Assembly (NCBI GenBank): GCA_965370955.1 | Contig: CBDUWP010000001.1 | Coordinates: 2,122-66,121 of the forward strand | Length of the DNA stretch: 64,000 bases | DNA from: an uncultured bacterium | GTDB lineage: Bacteria; Planctomycetota; Phycisphaerae; Sedimentisphaerales; Anaerobacaceae | Direction of reading: 5' to 3' | Part shown: one piece after another, positions 1-8,209 of the stretch | Numbering within the stretch: the stretch's first letter is position 1 | Layout: each line of letters opens with the position of its first letter | Notes under the pieces: generated by a model | Database searches by the model: none | What the model was told of the DNA's origin: nothing | What the model saw: the letters and a program-made list of their open reading frames with translations, nothing else | Position numbers and translations under genes: made by a program

Positions 1-688
1 CACCACTGCCGGCTGTGGCCATGCCGGGATTGCCTGTGTCGTTAATATAAATCTTCTCGCCATCGGTGACGATCGTACCAGAACCTTTCAATACAACAAT
101 TGAGCCAGTGGCTTTTGCAACAGCTATAGCACAACTTTTTCGATCGGATAAGTCAAATCCAGTTCGGCGGAATAAACCTGTACATAAACGAGACATCTCG
201 CCAAAATGAGGAGTCAAAATCAATCTGGCAGCGCAAAGATCTGGCCAATTTTTGATCCTAGACAAATTGTTCAAGCCATCGGCATCAATGACCATCGGCA
301 AATCTTTAAGCTCTATCAATAAACGCATCAAAGAAACCAACTCCGAACTTTGGCCAAGACCGCAGCCAACGGCAACTGTATCGTGGTTGGAAATTGCATC
401 AAGTAAAGGTTTAATCGAATCGGTGGTTATCCGACCTAAATCATCATCGGCAAGGGCCAAAGTAGTAAAACAAATCCCGCCAGATGAAACGGAAGTCTGA
501 GCTTGGCGAGAAGTGGCAACCTTAACTAGGCCGGCTCCAGAGCGAAGGGCAGCATTGGCGGATAATACCGCAGCGCCAGCCATGTCGCGGCTGCCGGCAA
601 TAATCAAAAGCTTGCCAAAATCGCCCTTATGAGAATCAATCAAGCGAGGAGCAAACTTGGGAAGGTTCTTTATCGTGACTGTTTTCAT
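1..688 (-). CDS. nnrD: ADP-dependent NAD(P)H-hydrate dehydratase (YjeF C-terminal family), 3' end cut by window edge
   Basis: Not in the ORF track because it runs off the window. Reverse-strand translation from the ATG at 688-686 reads MKTVTIKNLPKFAPRLIDSHKGDFGKLLIIAGSRDMAGAAVLSANAALRSGAGLVKV... and ends ...GNPGMATAGSG at position 2. The HKGxxG and GNxGMATxGxGD motifs are the family signatures. Confidence 0.85.
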   Translation of the reverse strand, partial: MKTVTIKNLPKFAPRLIDSHKGDFGKLLIIAGSRDMAGAAVLSANAALRSGAGLVKVATSRQAQTSVSSGGICFTTLALADDDLGRITTDSIKPLLDAISNHDTVAVGCGLGQSSELVSLMRLLIELKDLPMVIDADGLNNLSRIKNWPDLCAARLILTPHFGEMSRLCTGLFRRTGFDLSDRKSCAIAVAKATGSIVVLKGSGTIVTDGEKIYINDTGNPGMATAGSG

Positions 689-736
689 ATTAAGCCTCTC
701 ATATTAAGCCTCTATTGATTTAATCGATTGGAAAAA

Positions 737-1513
737 TCAATCTTTATTATTAGAAGAATCAATCTTTTTGTTTATCATGGAAGCTGTCACTGCTGCGGAA
801 AAACCATTGTCAATGTTGACCGTCACTACGCCGCTAGCACAACTATTTAGCATCGTTAATAAAGCGGACAACCCATCAAAGCAAGAGCCGTAACCAACGC
901 TTGTCGGAACAGCTATGACAGGGCAGCTAACCAAACCGCCAACTACACTGGCAAGAGCACCCTCCATGCCGGCGACGACAATGATGCAATTGGCTTTCTG
1001 AAGTTTCGGCAAGTGAGCCATAACACGATGAAGGCCGGCGACGCCAACATCACAAATTATTTCAGAACGCTGACCCATTATCTCGGCTGTCACGCGAGCC
1101 TCGTGGGCGACAGGTAAATCGGCTGTGCCTGCTGTGACTATCGGTAAAATTGATTGGGATTTGGGAAGCTCTTGTTGTAACAGGGCTATCGTTTTGCCGA
1201 GCGGTTCATATTCGGCATTATCGAAATTGCCTGTGGACAATAAGGCTTCAAATATGTCGGAACTAGCGCGAGTGGCTAAAACATTATTACCCCTGTTAGC
1301 TAATAACTCAAAAATCTTGACTATCTGGTCAGTCGTTTTGCCGGGACAAAAAATCACCTCAGCAAACCCACGACGAACCTGACGATGATGATCTATACAA
1401 GCAAAATCAAACTCCTCAAAAGGCAACAATCGAAGCTGCGCCATCGCCTCATCAATAGTAAGATCGCTGGACTGGACAAGTTTTAATAACTTCTTTATCT
1501 GTTCAGTATTCAT
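737..1513 (-). CDS. larB: Nickel-pincer cofactor biosynthesis protein LarB (AIR-carboxylase-like)
   Basis: 258 aa. The N-terminus is LarB-specific (...DEAMAQLRLLPFEEFDFACIDHHRQVRRGFAEVIFCPGKT) and is followed by a PurE-like fold (VTAGTADLPVAHEA, VVAGMEGALASVVGG). Confidence 0.85.
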   Translation of the reverse strand: MNTEQIKKLLKLVQSSDLTIDEAMAQLRLLPFEEFDFACIDHHRQVRRGFAEVIFCPGKTTDQIVKIFELLANRGNNVLATRASSDIFEALLSTGNFDNAEYEPLGKTIALLQQELPKSQSILPIVTAGTADLPVAHEARVTAEIMGQRSEIICDVGVAGLHRVMAHLPKLQKANCIIVVAGMEGALASVVGGLVSCPVIAVPTSVGYGSCFDGLSALLTMLNSCASGVVTVNIDNGFSAAVTASMINKKIDSSNNKD

Positions 1514-1518
1514 ATTTA

Positions 1519-1561
1519 TTTTTCCTTCGTAATACTATATCCGTAAGGGCGTGGTGGTTTA
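1519..1561. repeat. Intergenic cassette, copy 1 (between tsaD stop and larB start)
   Basis: tttccttcgtaatactatatCCGTAAGGgcgtggtggttta matches 38 of 41 positions of the element at 33941-34053 once the insertion there is removed. Confidence 0.85.
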
Positions 1562-2605
1562 TTCGCTGCTGGATTTCGGCTCAAGTGATAAATCTGCGAA
1601 TAATCCTTTCTTGAATTTGTGATACGCCAATGAAGCTACCATAACGGCATTGTCTGTGCAATAACGCTTTGGGCCAACCAAAAATTTAACCTCAGGGGTT
1701 AAATCACGGCAGGCTTGTTTCAATGCTTCTCGCAAAGCACCATTACAAGCAACGCCGCCGCCGAGAATCAATGTCCTAGCAGAGCATCGCTTGATAGCTC
1801 GCAAACATTTTGTCCGCAAAACGTCAATGACCGCCATCTGAAACGAAGCTGCCACATCAGCTAACTGCTGGTTCGACATAGCAGGGACAATGGTCTTGCC
1901 CTTCATGTCCTGACCGTGACAGTGATAAAGAACGGCTGTCTTTAATCCGCTAAAGGAAAAGTCAAGCGAGTCAGGTGACAAAAGGCTGCGGGGAAATTTG
2001 ATGGCAGAGGGATCGCCCTTTTTAGCTAAGGCTTCAATCGCAGGGCCGCCCGGATAGGGAAGACCGAGCATGCTGGCAACCTTGTCAAAAGCTTCACCTG
2101 CTGCATCGTCAATTGTATGGCCGAGCAATTGCGGCTCAAGCGGGGATCTGTAATCGTATAAACTGCTGTGGCCGCCAGAGACAATCAAAGCAACGGCTGG
2201 ATGTTGGAAATCAGACGACAAGGCCGATTGTGATAATGTTGCGCCCTGCATGTGAGCGTGCAAATGGTCAATCGAAATCAAAGGCTTGTCCAAAGCAAAG
2301 CAAAGTGTCTTGGCGGCTGTCACGCCGACCATCAAAGCGATCGTTAAACCCGGCTGATTGGCTACGGCTATTGCGTCTATATCGCCGAAAGTTAGAGCGG
2401 AATCCGATAGGGTTTTAGCTATGACGGGGTAAATGTTCTGCAAATGGGCGCGAGAGGCTATTTCAGGGACAACGCCGCCATAGGCTGCGTGAAGCTCAAT
2501 CTGAGAGGCGACAACAGAAGATCTAACTATGACGCCATCTGTCACTATCGATGCGGCTGTCTCGTCACAACTCGACTCAATGCCTAAAATGTTAATCTCT
2601 TTCAT
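1559..2605 (-). CDS. tsaD: tRNA N6-adenosine threonylcarbamoyltransferase TsaD
   Basis: MKEINILGIESSCDETAASIV..., HLHAHM and SGGVACN-like motifs. I place the start at the internal ATG (2605) because the family N-terminus begins there. The ORF-track start at 2647 adds 14 unconserved residues. Confidence 0.93.
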   Translation of the reverse strand: MKEINILGIESSCDETAASIVTDGVIVRSSVVASQIELHAAYGGVVPEIASRAHLQNIYPVIAKTLSDSALTFGDIDAIAVANQPGLTIALMVGVTAAKTLCFALDKPLISIDHLHAHMQGATLSQSALSSDFQHPAVALIVSGGHSSLYDYRSPLEPQLLGHTIDDAAGEAFDKVASMLGLPYPGGPAIEALAKKGDPSAIKFPRSLLSPDSLDFSFSGLKTAVLYHCHGQDMKGKTIVPAMSNQQLADVAASFQMAVIDVLRTKCLRAIKRCSARTLILGGGVACNGALREALKQACRDLTPEVKFLVGPKRYCTDNAVMVASLAYHKFKKGLFADLSLEPKSSSE

Positions 2606-2746
2606 AATTGAAATATGATAGCGGAATTGACGCAAAAAGTAAACCAATCTCGGCTAATGTAAGGAAAAAATGGTAAACCAAAAAAAAGGTAAATTATTTT
2701 TGTTAATTTATTTTTTTTTATTGTATTTGAAATGATTGTCGATAAA

Positions 2747-2802
2747 CTGCCGCAATGACAAATAAAAACGATCAGCCACAGAGAGCACAGAGAATGCAGA
2801 GG
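2747..2802. repeat. REP-like dispersed intergenic repeat (GCAATGACAA unit plus CACAGAGAGCACAGAGAA unit)
   Basis: ctgccGCAATGACAAataaaaacgatcaGCCACAGAGAGCACAGAGAATGCAGAGG. The GCAATGACAA core recurs at 5861, 11592 and (as gcaatgaaaa) 11632. Confidence 0.6.
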
Positions 2803-2864
2803 TTTTTTTAAAAGCAAGACTGTTGCAAGTTAAAGAAGTTTTTGGAATTTATGAAGGTGACGAA

Positions 2865-4247
2865 ATGTTTGATTTTTTAAATGTTAAAAAAATGCAGCCG
2901 ACAGGGAAAATCTCGCCATACGAAGATCGAAGGCTTAGATATAAAACCTTGAAAATCTCCGTCTATGAAGGCATTCTAGCTGTGGTTGTGATGGGATTGT
3001 ACGCCACGTTTTATATACCATATCTAAATCATCTCGGCGCAACGAAACTGCAGGTGGGAATGGCGATGGCACTGCCGGCTTTTGTGATGGGGATTGTACA
3101 GTTCTTTACACCATCTTTATTTGTACGTATCAAAAGTTATAAATTTGTACTTATTTATGGATTATTATTTTACTCATTTTGCCTGATTCCATTTGCATTT
3201 AGCAGCTATATTGCGACGGCTTGGCCAGTCTGGTTCGCTATCACAATGATAACTGTGGCATCTGTCGCGTCTGCTATGATTATGGCGGTCTGGCAGGACT
3301 GGATATCATATATCGTGCCGGCAAAAAGAAGAGGCAAATATTTCGCCATGAAGTCACGACTGATGACCGTTTGCCAAATTATAGTTGCTGTTATCGCTGG
3401 ATTGATGCTGGATAAATTCTCCGCAAAAATTATGACAGTTTTTGTACTTATATGGTTGTCATGCTTTGTGCTCAGGACTATCAGTGCGCTGACTTTTTTC
3501 TATCATTATGAGCCGGCAAAAATACACCAAACACAAAAAAGAAAAATTGGATTCAAAAATTTTATGACCGAATATATGACCGGGTCATACGGGAAATTTG
3601 TTCTGGCTGTGGCGGCGACTGGTTTCTGTATGGCATTTTATCAGCCGTTTTTGGCAGGGTATATTATCGATGATCTCAAATACAGCTATACACTCTATTC
3701 GATTTTTATGATTGTGCCGGCGGTGGTTAGCGCGATTGTTGTAGGGTATTGGGGGAAAATATGCGACAAAATCGGGTATGTCGTGCCAATGAAAATTGCT
3801 ATTATAGGATTTGTTTGTACGCCGATATTGTTGGCTGTCTGTGAAAAATATTGGCTGCTGATTATTGTGCAAATAATCATCGGTTCAAGTTCGGTCGGAT
3901 TTGCGCTGGCGGCATTTAGCTATCTTATTAGTATATCAAAGCCAGAGGACAGGCTCTGCTGTATATCATATACCAATGGAGTCAACTTTACCATCGTTGC
4001 AACAGGGGCAGTATTAGGAGGTGTGCTGGCGGAATCGTGGCCGGTGATTTTGAATTATCAGTCGCAAACAATTTTTCTAGTTGCAGCTGTTATATTAATG
4101 CTGCCTGTGATATTATTGTGGACATTGACAGACGATAAGCCGAAAAAACAAAAATTGTCAACTGTAGATTTGTTTTTCTCTAATCCGAAATTGTCACTGA
4201 AGTTTGGATCTGTGATCTCAGGATTGAGACGGCTAAAAAAATGGTAA
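2865..4247 (+). CDS. MFS-type transporter (about 12 predicted TM segments)
   Basis: The ORF is long and hydrophobic with repeated TM-length segments and a basic loop after TM2-like regions. The start is placed at ATG 2865, preceded by GAAGGTGA. The track start at 2823 is a TTG. Confidence 0.7.
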   Translation: MFDFLNVKKMQPTGKISPYEDRRLRYKTLKISVYEGILAVVVMGLYATFYIPYLNHLGATKLQVGMAMALPAFVMGIVQFFTPSLFVRIKSYKFVLIYGLLFYSFCLIPFAFSSYIATAWPVWFAITMITVASVASAMIMAVWQDWISYIVPAKRRGKYFAMKSRLMTVCQIIVAVIAGLMLDKFSAKIMTVFVLIWLSCFVLRTISALTFFYHYEPAKIHQTQKRKIGFKNFMTEYMTGSYGKFVLAVAATGFCMAFYQPFLAGYIIDDLKYSYTLYSIFMIVPAVVSAIVVGYWGKICDKIGYVVPMKIAIIGFVCTPILLAVCEKYWLLIIVQIIIGSSSVGFALAAFSYLISISKPEDRLCCISYTNGVNFTIVATGAVLGGVLAESWPVILNYQSQTIFLVAAVILMLPVILLWTLTDDKPKKQKLSTVDLFFSNPKLSLKFGSVISGLRRLKKW

Positions 4248-4295
4248 GGAAAAAGAAAAAAAAGTGTTATTTCATAGCCAATAATAGGAGATCAA

Positions 4296-5831
4296 ATGTC
4301 GAAAAAAATAGCTGCCCTATTCATATTTGTACTATGTGTATTGCTGGCAATATCAGGTTGTAATACGACTGAATCAGATGAGTCAACTGAGGCAGGCGAA
4401 AACTTTAAGCAGGGCTTGACAGATAAACAGCTGGCAATCCAAAGATGGTTCTCATATCTGACCTTTATGCAGGATCGAAACGAGAAATCATGGAAAGAAT
4501 TTTATGATGACGGCAATCAAGTGGATGTCACGGCGTTGCGATATCAGTTGGCGTTTTGCTCCTACAGCGCGGCGGCAATGGCAAATCAAACGCCGGCTTA
4601 TCGACAGCTAATAAAAAAGCAACTGTCCGATCTGTGCGAAAGGATGATCGATTATAGGTGCTGGCCGTATGTCACGCGATATTGGAACTATCAGAATGGG
4701 CCAATCGATCCGGCTAAATATGAAAATGTTATGTATACCGCGCATCTGACGCAAATGATGTGTCTCTACGAACATCTGACAGGGGATATGGTCTATTCGG
4801 AAAAAGGATGGGACTTCGTAGATAATAAAAATCGCAAAACTCATTACAATCTTGAAAAAGCAATCCAAAGGCTGCATGTGCAATCTGTCAACGATCCGAC
4901 AGGAGGAATTGCTTGCGAACCGAATCAGATTTTTGCCACCTGTAACAGTCACAGCGCGATATCGTTTATGCTGTTCGATTTGATGCATGGAACCGACTAC
5001 GAAAAGGCAAACGAAAAATGGTTCAAATGGATGGCTACGAATTTTCTAAACAAAGTGCCGCTGACAAGAGAGTTTATGTATATTAGATATAATAATAAGC
5101 TGAAAATGTTTACGCCGATGGGAGATGTCGGGGCTGATTGCTGGGCGCTGGGGTGGGGCTATCTGTGGTTCGGCGATGTGGCGTTTGCGGAAAAAGGACT
5201 AAGCCATATCAAGAAATTGGCGAAATGGTTCTATCCGGAAAAAGATCAGGCTTATGCTAAAAATAGCAAGGTGATTGGCTGCTGCGGCGGCGGATCGCTG
5301 AATGTGGCTAACTCGTTTTTGCCGCTATTGGCTGTACAAGTAGAAGGAGCAAATAGCGAAATTGCGAAAAAATCGCTCAACTGGCTAACAGCTAAACTGG
5401 CAAGAGAAATCGATACAGATGGCGACGGATATAAAGAATCCTACTATTATCACAGCTGTCAAATGCATAAAATCTCCGCAACGGCTAATATCGCAACAGC
5501 TCTGGTAACTGACGGGGACTCGCTGAGAAAATTTTACCAAACAAGCCGAAAAAATATCCTGACCGAACCAACATTGGAAAAAGTTGACTATCCAAATGTT
5601 TATGTCAGGGCAGCGGAATATCAAAAGCCAATCTTGAGATTTGTAATCCTTAAAGCTAACCCGTCATTTGACGAAGAAACGGAAATTGTCTGCTCGCAAA
5701 TTCCAATAAAAAACAAAGTGACTGTCACCAAAGATGGAAAAAAATATACTAAATTTAAACGCAGTGGAAATAATCTGATAATCCTAACCAAATTAAATGA
5801 CGAGCATGTCTTCGAAGTGAAAAACTATTAG
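4296..5831 (+). CDS. Lipoprotein of the linalool dehydratase/isomerase (Ldi)-like (alpha/alpha)6-barrel family with an extra C-terminal beta-rich domain
   Basis: AGGAG sits 6 nt upstream of the ATG and the lipobox is LAISGC. LRYQLAF..., NVMYTAHLTQMMCLYEHLTGD and GGIACEPNQIFATCNSHSAISFMLFDLMHGTDY match my recollection of Castellaniella Ldi (IMYKGHLNLMYGLYQLVTG; GIVCEPDNYFVQCNS...HGTDY), including the Cys-x8-Cys pair. Confidence 0.55.
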   Translation: MSKKIAALFIFVLCVLLAISGCNTTESDESTEAGENFKQGLTDKQLAIQRWFSYLTFMQDRNEKSWKEFYDDGNQVDVTALRYQLAFCSYSAAAMANQTPAYRQLIKKQLSDLCERMIDYRCWPYVTRYWNYQNGPIDPAKYENVMYTAHLTQMMCLYEHLTGDMVYSEKGWDFVDNKNRKTHYNLEKAIQRLHVQSVNDPTGGIACEPNQIFATCNSHSAISFMLFDLMHGTDYEKANEKWFKWMATNFLNKVPLTREFMYIRYNNKLKMFTPMGDVGADCWALGWGYLWFGDVAFAEKGLSHIKKLAKWFYPEKDQAYAKNSKVIGCCGGGSLNVANSFLPLLAVQVEGANSEIAKKSLNWLTAKLAREIDTDGDGYKESYYYHSCQMHKISATANIATALVTDGDSLRKFYQTSRKNILTEPTLEKVDYPNVYVRAAEYQKPILRFVILKANPSFDEETEIVCSQIPIKNKVTVTKDGKKYTKFKRSGNNLIILTKLNDEHVFEVKNY

Positions 5832-5934
5832 CCACAGGGCTTCGGAGGACAAGCCACTTGCAATGACAATCTTGAGGTTAGAAGACATGGTGACATTGAA
5901 ACGCAAAGATTTTAAAAACGAGATTGCCGCTGTC
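5831..5934. repeat. REP-like dispersed intergenic repeat pair
   Basis: GCCACAGGgcttcggaGGACAAGCCACTTGCAATGACAATCTtgagg, about 40 nt, then cgAGATTGCCGCTGTC. CAATCT and AGATTG form an inverted pair. Confidence 0.65.
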
Positions 5935-5951
5935 GATCTTTATGGACTATT

Positions 5952-6428
5952 CTAATACCAAACAGTTAAAATCAAATTGGGCTCAGTCTTTTTGGCCAAA
6001 ATCATGCCGGTCGTCGAACTAGTACGCTTGATGACCACGTCAGGATTATCGCTGAGCCATTGGTTGATCTGCTTCTCAAGAAAAATCATACTGCCGGGAT
6101 GAAGCTTGGCGCAAAAAGTTTTTATGCCGGTTATACGATGAGCATCAGAACAAAGCTTGACGGCTTTTTTCTTCTTTTTACTGCTGCCGGAAACAATGTT
6201 AGAGCGGGTTGTGCTTATCTTGGGATTGGCGGGCGAAGGACTGTTGCCAATGTTCAAAGGAGTGTGGTTAATGCGATAGCCTGTGCCGTCTGAATCTTCA
6301 AAAACAATTAAATCATCGCCAATATTCAACGGCTCATCTGTAATGTCAGATGACTGATTCAACTGGTTGTCAGAGGTGATTGCCTCGTCAGAAACCTGCC
6401 CACTGCTATTGTCTTCTTCTATGGCCAT
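5952..6428 (-). CDS. Small hypothetical protein: acidic disordered N-terminus, duplicated PLNIG motif, K5 tract, compact C-terminal alpha/beta domain
   Basis: The ATG at 6428 is preceded by AGGAG with a 6-nt spacer; the track start at 6443 is a TTG. It is co-oriented with the secretin gene and lies 100 nt downstream of it. I recognise no family signature. Confidence 0.6.
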   Translation of the reverse strand: MAIEEDNSSGQVSDEAITSDNQLNQSSDITDEPLNIGDDLIVFEDSDGTGYRINHTPLNIGNSPSPANPKISTTRSNIVSGSSKKKKKAVKLCSDAHRITGIKTFCAKLHPGSMIFLEKQINQWLSDNPDVVIKRTSSTTGMILAKKTEPNLILTVWY

Positions 6429-6528
6429 GAAAAACTCCTGCAATTACTCATCAATTGTTTTTTTTTGTCTCCTGCTAACAGCTACTATCTTATTCTAATA
6501 AATCAAGGGCCTAATGCCAAAAATAATC

Positions 6529-8064
6529 TCAATCTTTTTTCTGAGACTCTAAAGCAGCTTCAGCTTGCTTTTTAGCTCGCTTGGTGTCCTCTTGGGCTTT
6601 TTTGGTTTGCTCTTTAGCTTGTTTAGTCTGCTTCTTGGCTTCTTCTGTCTCTATTTTAGCTTTTTTAGTTTCCTCTTTGGCTAACTGTAGTTTGGTTTTG
6701 GCTAGCTCAAGATCAACCAAAGCTTGTTCCTTCTCGATATCTGAACGTAACTTGTCAAGCCGAGCTTTTTCCGCCTGCTGCTTGATGAGGTCCGTCTGGA
6801 TACGACTGCCAAGAGGATCGCTTAAAATGTCCTTCAAATTTCGCTTGTAACGAATCTCCGTGTGCTTGTGCTTGATCTTCGTTATCATCTCCTCATAATC
6901 AACGCTGCCAGAGGAAATCGTGGGAGTAATGATGAAAAGAATCTCTTTGCCTCGCTCCTCAAAATCTTTACTCGAAAACAAAACGCCAACCAGCGGAATG
7001 TCCTTGAGTAACGGAACGCCGCGAATAACAGAACGCTTCTCAGTTTTTCTGATCCCGCCAATGATCAAACTCTGCCCCTGCTTAATACGGTTCTCCTTGT
7101 TTATTATCTTTCGCTCAGTAATGATCGGGATCTGCTTGACGCCCTCTGGAGTTGATTTGGAACCGATGATAATCTCGGTCTCAAGGCCAATGTAACCGTC
7201 AGCATAAACGTGAGGAGTTATCTTGAGCATATCCTTGACAATCACGTATTCAGTGGTCATATAAGGGACGCCGGTTTCGGGGGTGACCTCCTTAGGCAAA
7301 GGAACGTGATCCTCTGTTACTATCATGGCGGTCTTGCCGTTGACAACTTCCAAAATTGGGTTCATCAATATCTTCAAATAACCGCGAGATACCAAAATGT
7401 CAACCAACGCGCGGAACTCATGGCCGGCTATACCTAAATTGCGAGAATAGCCAACTTTTAAACCTATCAATTCACGAGCCTCGTCACGTAACGATGCGCC
7501 AGGAAACGCAGGCTGCAAAATGCCAGCGACAGTTTTACCGCCTAATGCAATGCCGCCAAGCAAATTGTCAATCTTGATCGTGGTCTCCCAGTCCATCGTA
7601 GTGTCAGCGTATAACTCAGAAACTATGCAGTCAATCTTGACCTGAATCGGTGGAACGTCAATGTGCTCCATAAAATCCAAAACCATATCAGCTGCAGATT
7701 TGTTCGGGGCTTGAATAATTAGCAGGTTTGTTGCAGCCGAACTGCTGACTTTGTAGCCAAGCTGCTCTTTGATAATATTGTGAAGTTTGTCAACTGTGTG
7801 GTGACGGGCGAAATAGAAAACCTTGCTGTTGTCCTTGCCAATGATTATCTTGGACGGTTGAGTGTAGATGCGGGGCCTCGGCTGGTTCGGGTCGGCTGTG
7901 ACCTTGATGCGGCTGATCTCAGAAAGAATACGCTGTGATTCTAACTCAGAACTCTTCTCCTCAAAAAAATCGCCGCAGCCGGAAATAAACAAAAACAATA
8001 CCAAAACTGATACGCAAAATATGTTGTGGGGACTTAAAATAGTGCGTTTGGATATCTTGGGCAT
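6529..8064 (-). CDS. Secretin-family outer-membrane channel (type II/III secretion system protein domain), lipidated, with C-terminal Lys/Glu heptad-repeat tail
   Basis: The lipobox is LFISGC and there is one N1-like domain. The secretin core reads ...LIIGGIRKTEKRSVIRGVPLLKDIPLVGVLFSSKDFEERGKEILFIITPTI. The last roughly 100 aa are coiled-coil-like (ETKKAKI/ETEEAKK/QTKQAKE/QTKKAQE/DTKRAKK). Confidence 0.85.
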   Translation of the reverse strand: MPKISKRTILSPHNIFCVSVLVLFLFISGCGDFFEEKSSELESQRILSEISRIKVTADPNQPRPRIYTQPSKIIIGKDNSKVFYFARHHTVDKLHNIIKEQLGYKVSSSAATNLLIIQAPNKSAADMVLDFMEHIDVPPIQVKIDCIVSELYADTTMDWETTIKIDNLLGGIALGGKTVAGILQPAFPGASLRDEARELIGLKVGYSRNLGIAGHEFRALVDILVSRGYLKILMNPILEVVNGKTAMIVTEDHVPLPKEVTPETGVPYMTTEYVIVKDMLKITPHVYADGYIGLETEIIIGSKSTPEGVKQIPIITERKIINKENRIKQGQSLIIGGIRKTEKRSVIRGVPLLKDIPLVGVLFSSKDFEERGKEILFIITPTISSGSVDYEEMITKIKHKHTEIRYKRNLKDILSDPLGSRIQTDLIKQQAEKARLDKLRSDIEKEQALVDLELAKTKLQLAKEETKKAKIETEEAKKQTKQAKEQTKKAQEDTKRAKKQAEAALESQKKD

Positions 8065-8209
8065 TGTTGGAACTATCCGTAATTATAAAAAATCAGGCTA
8101 TCTTACTAAAGCTCAATCTATCGACCAAATAGAGAATTTACAAGAATATTCTGGCTGAAAAGTTTAGATTAGACCTGAGAAGTGTTTTTTGGTAACCTCT
8201 GAAACCACT

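Noticed and set aside
252-500. An 82-aa plus-strand ORF.
   Set aside because: It lies entirely antisense to the well-supported nnrD coding frame (HKG...GNPGMATAGSG), so it is a shadow ORF.
6541-6720. A roughly 21-bp periodic DNA repeat.
   Set aside because: It is not a non-coding VNTR or CRISPR-like array. It is the in-frame heptad (xTKxAKx) repeat of the secretin C-terminal tail.
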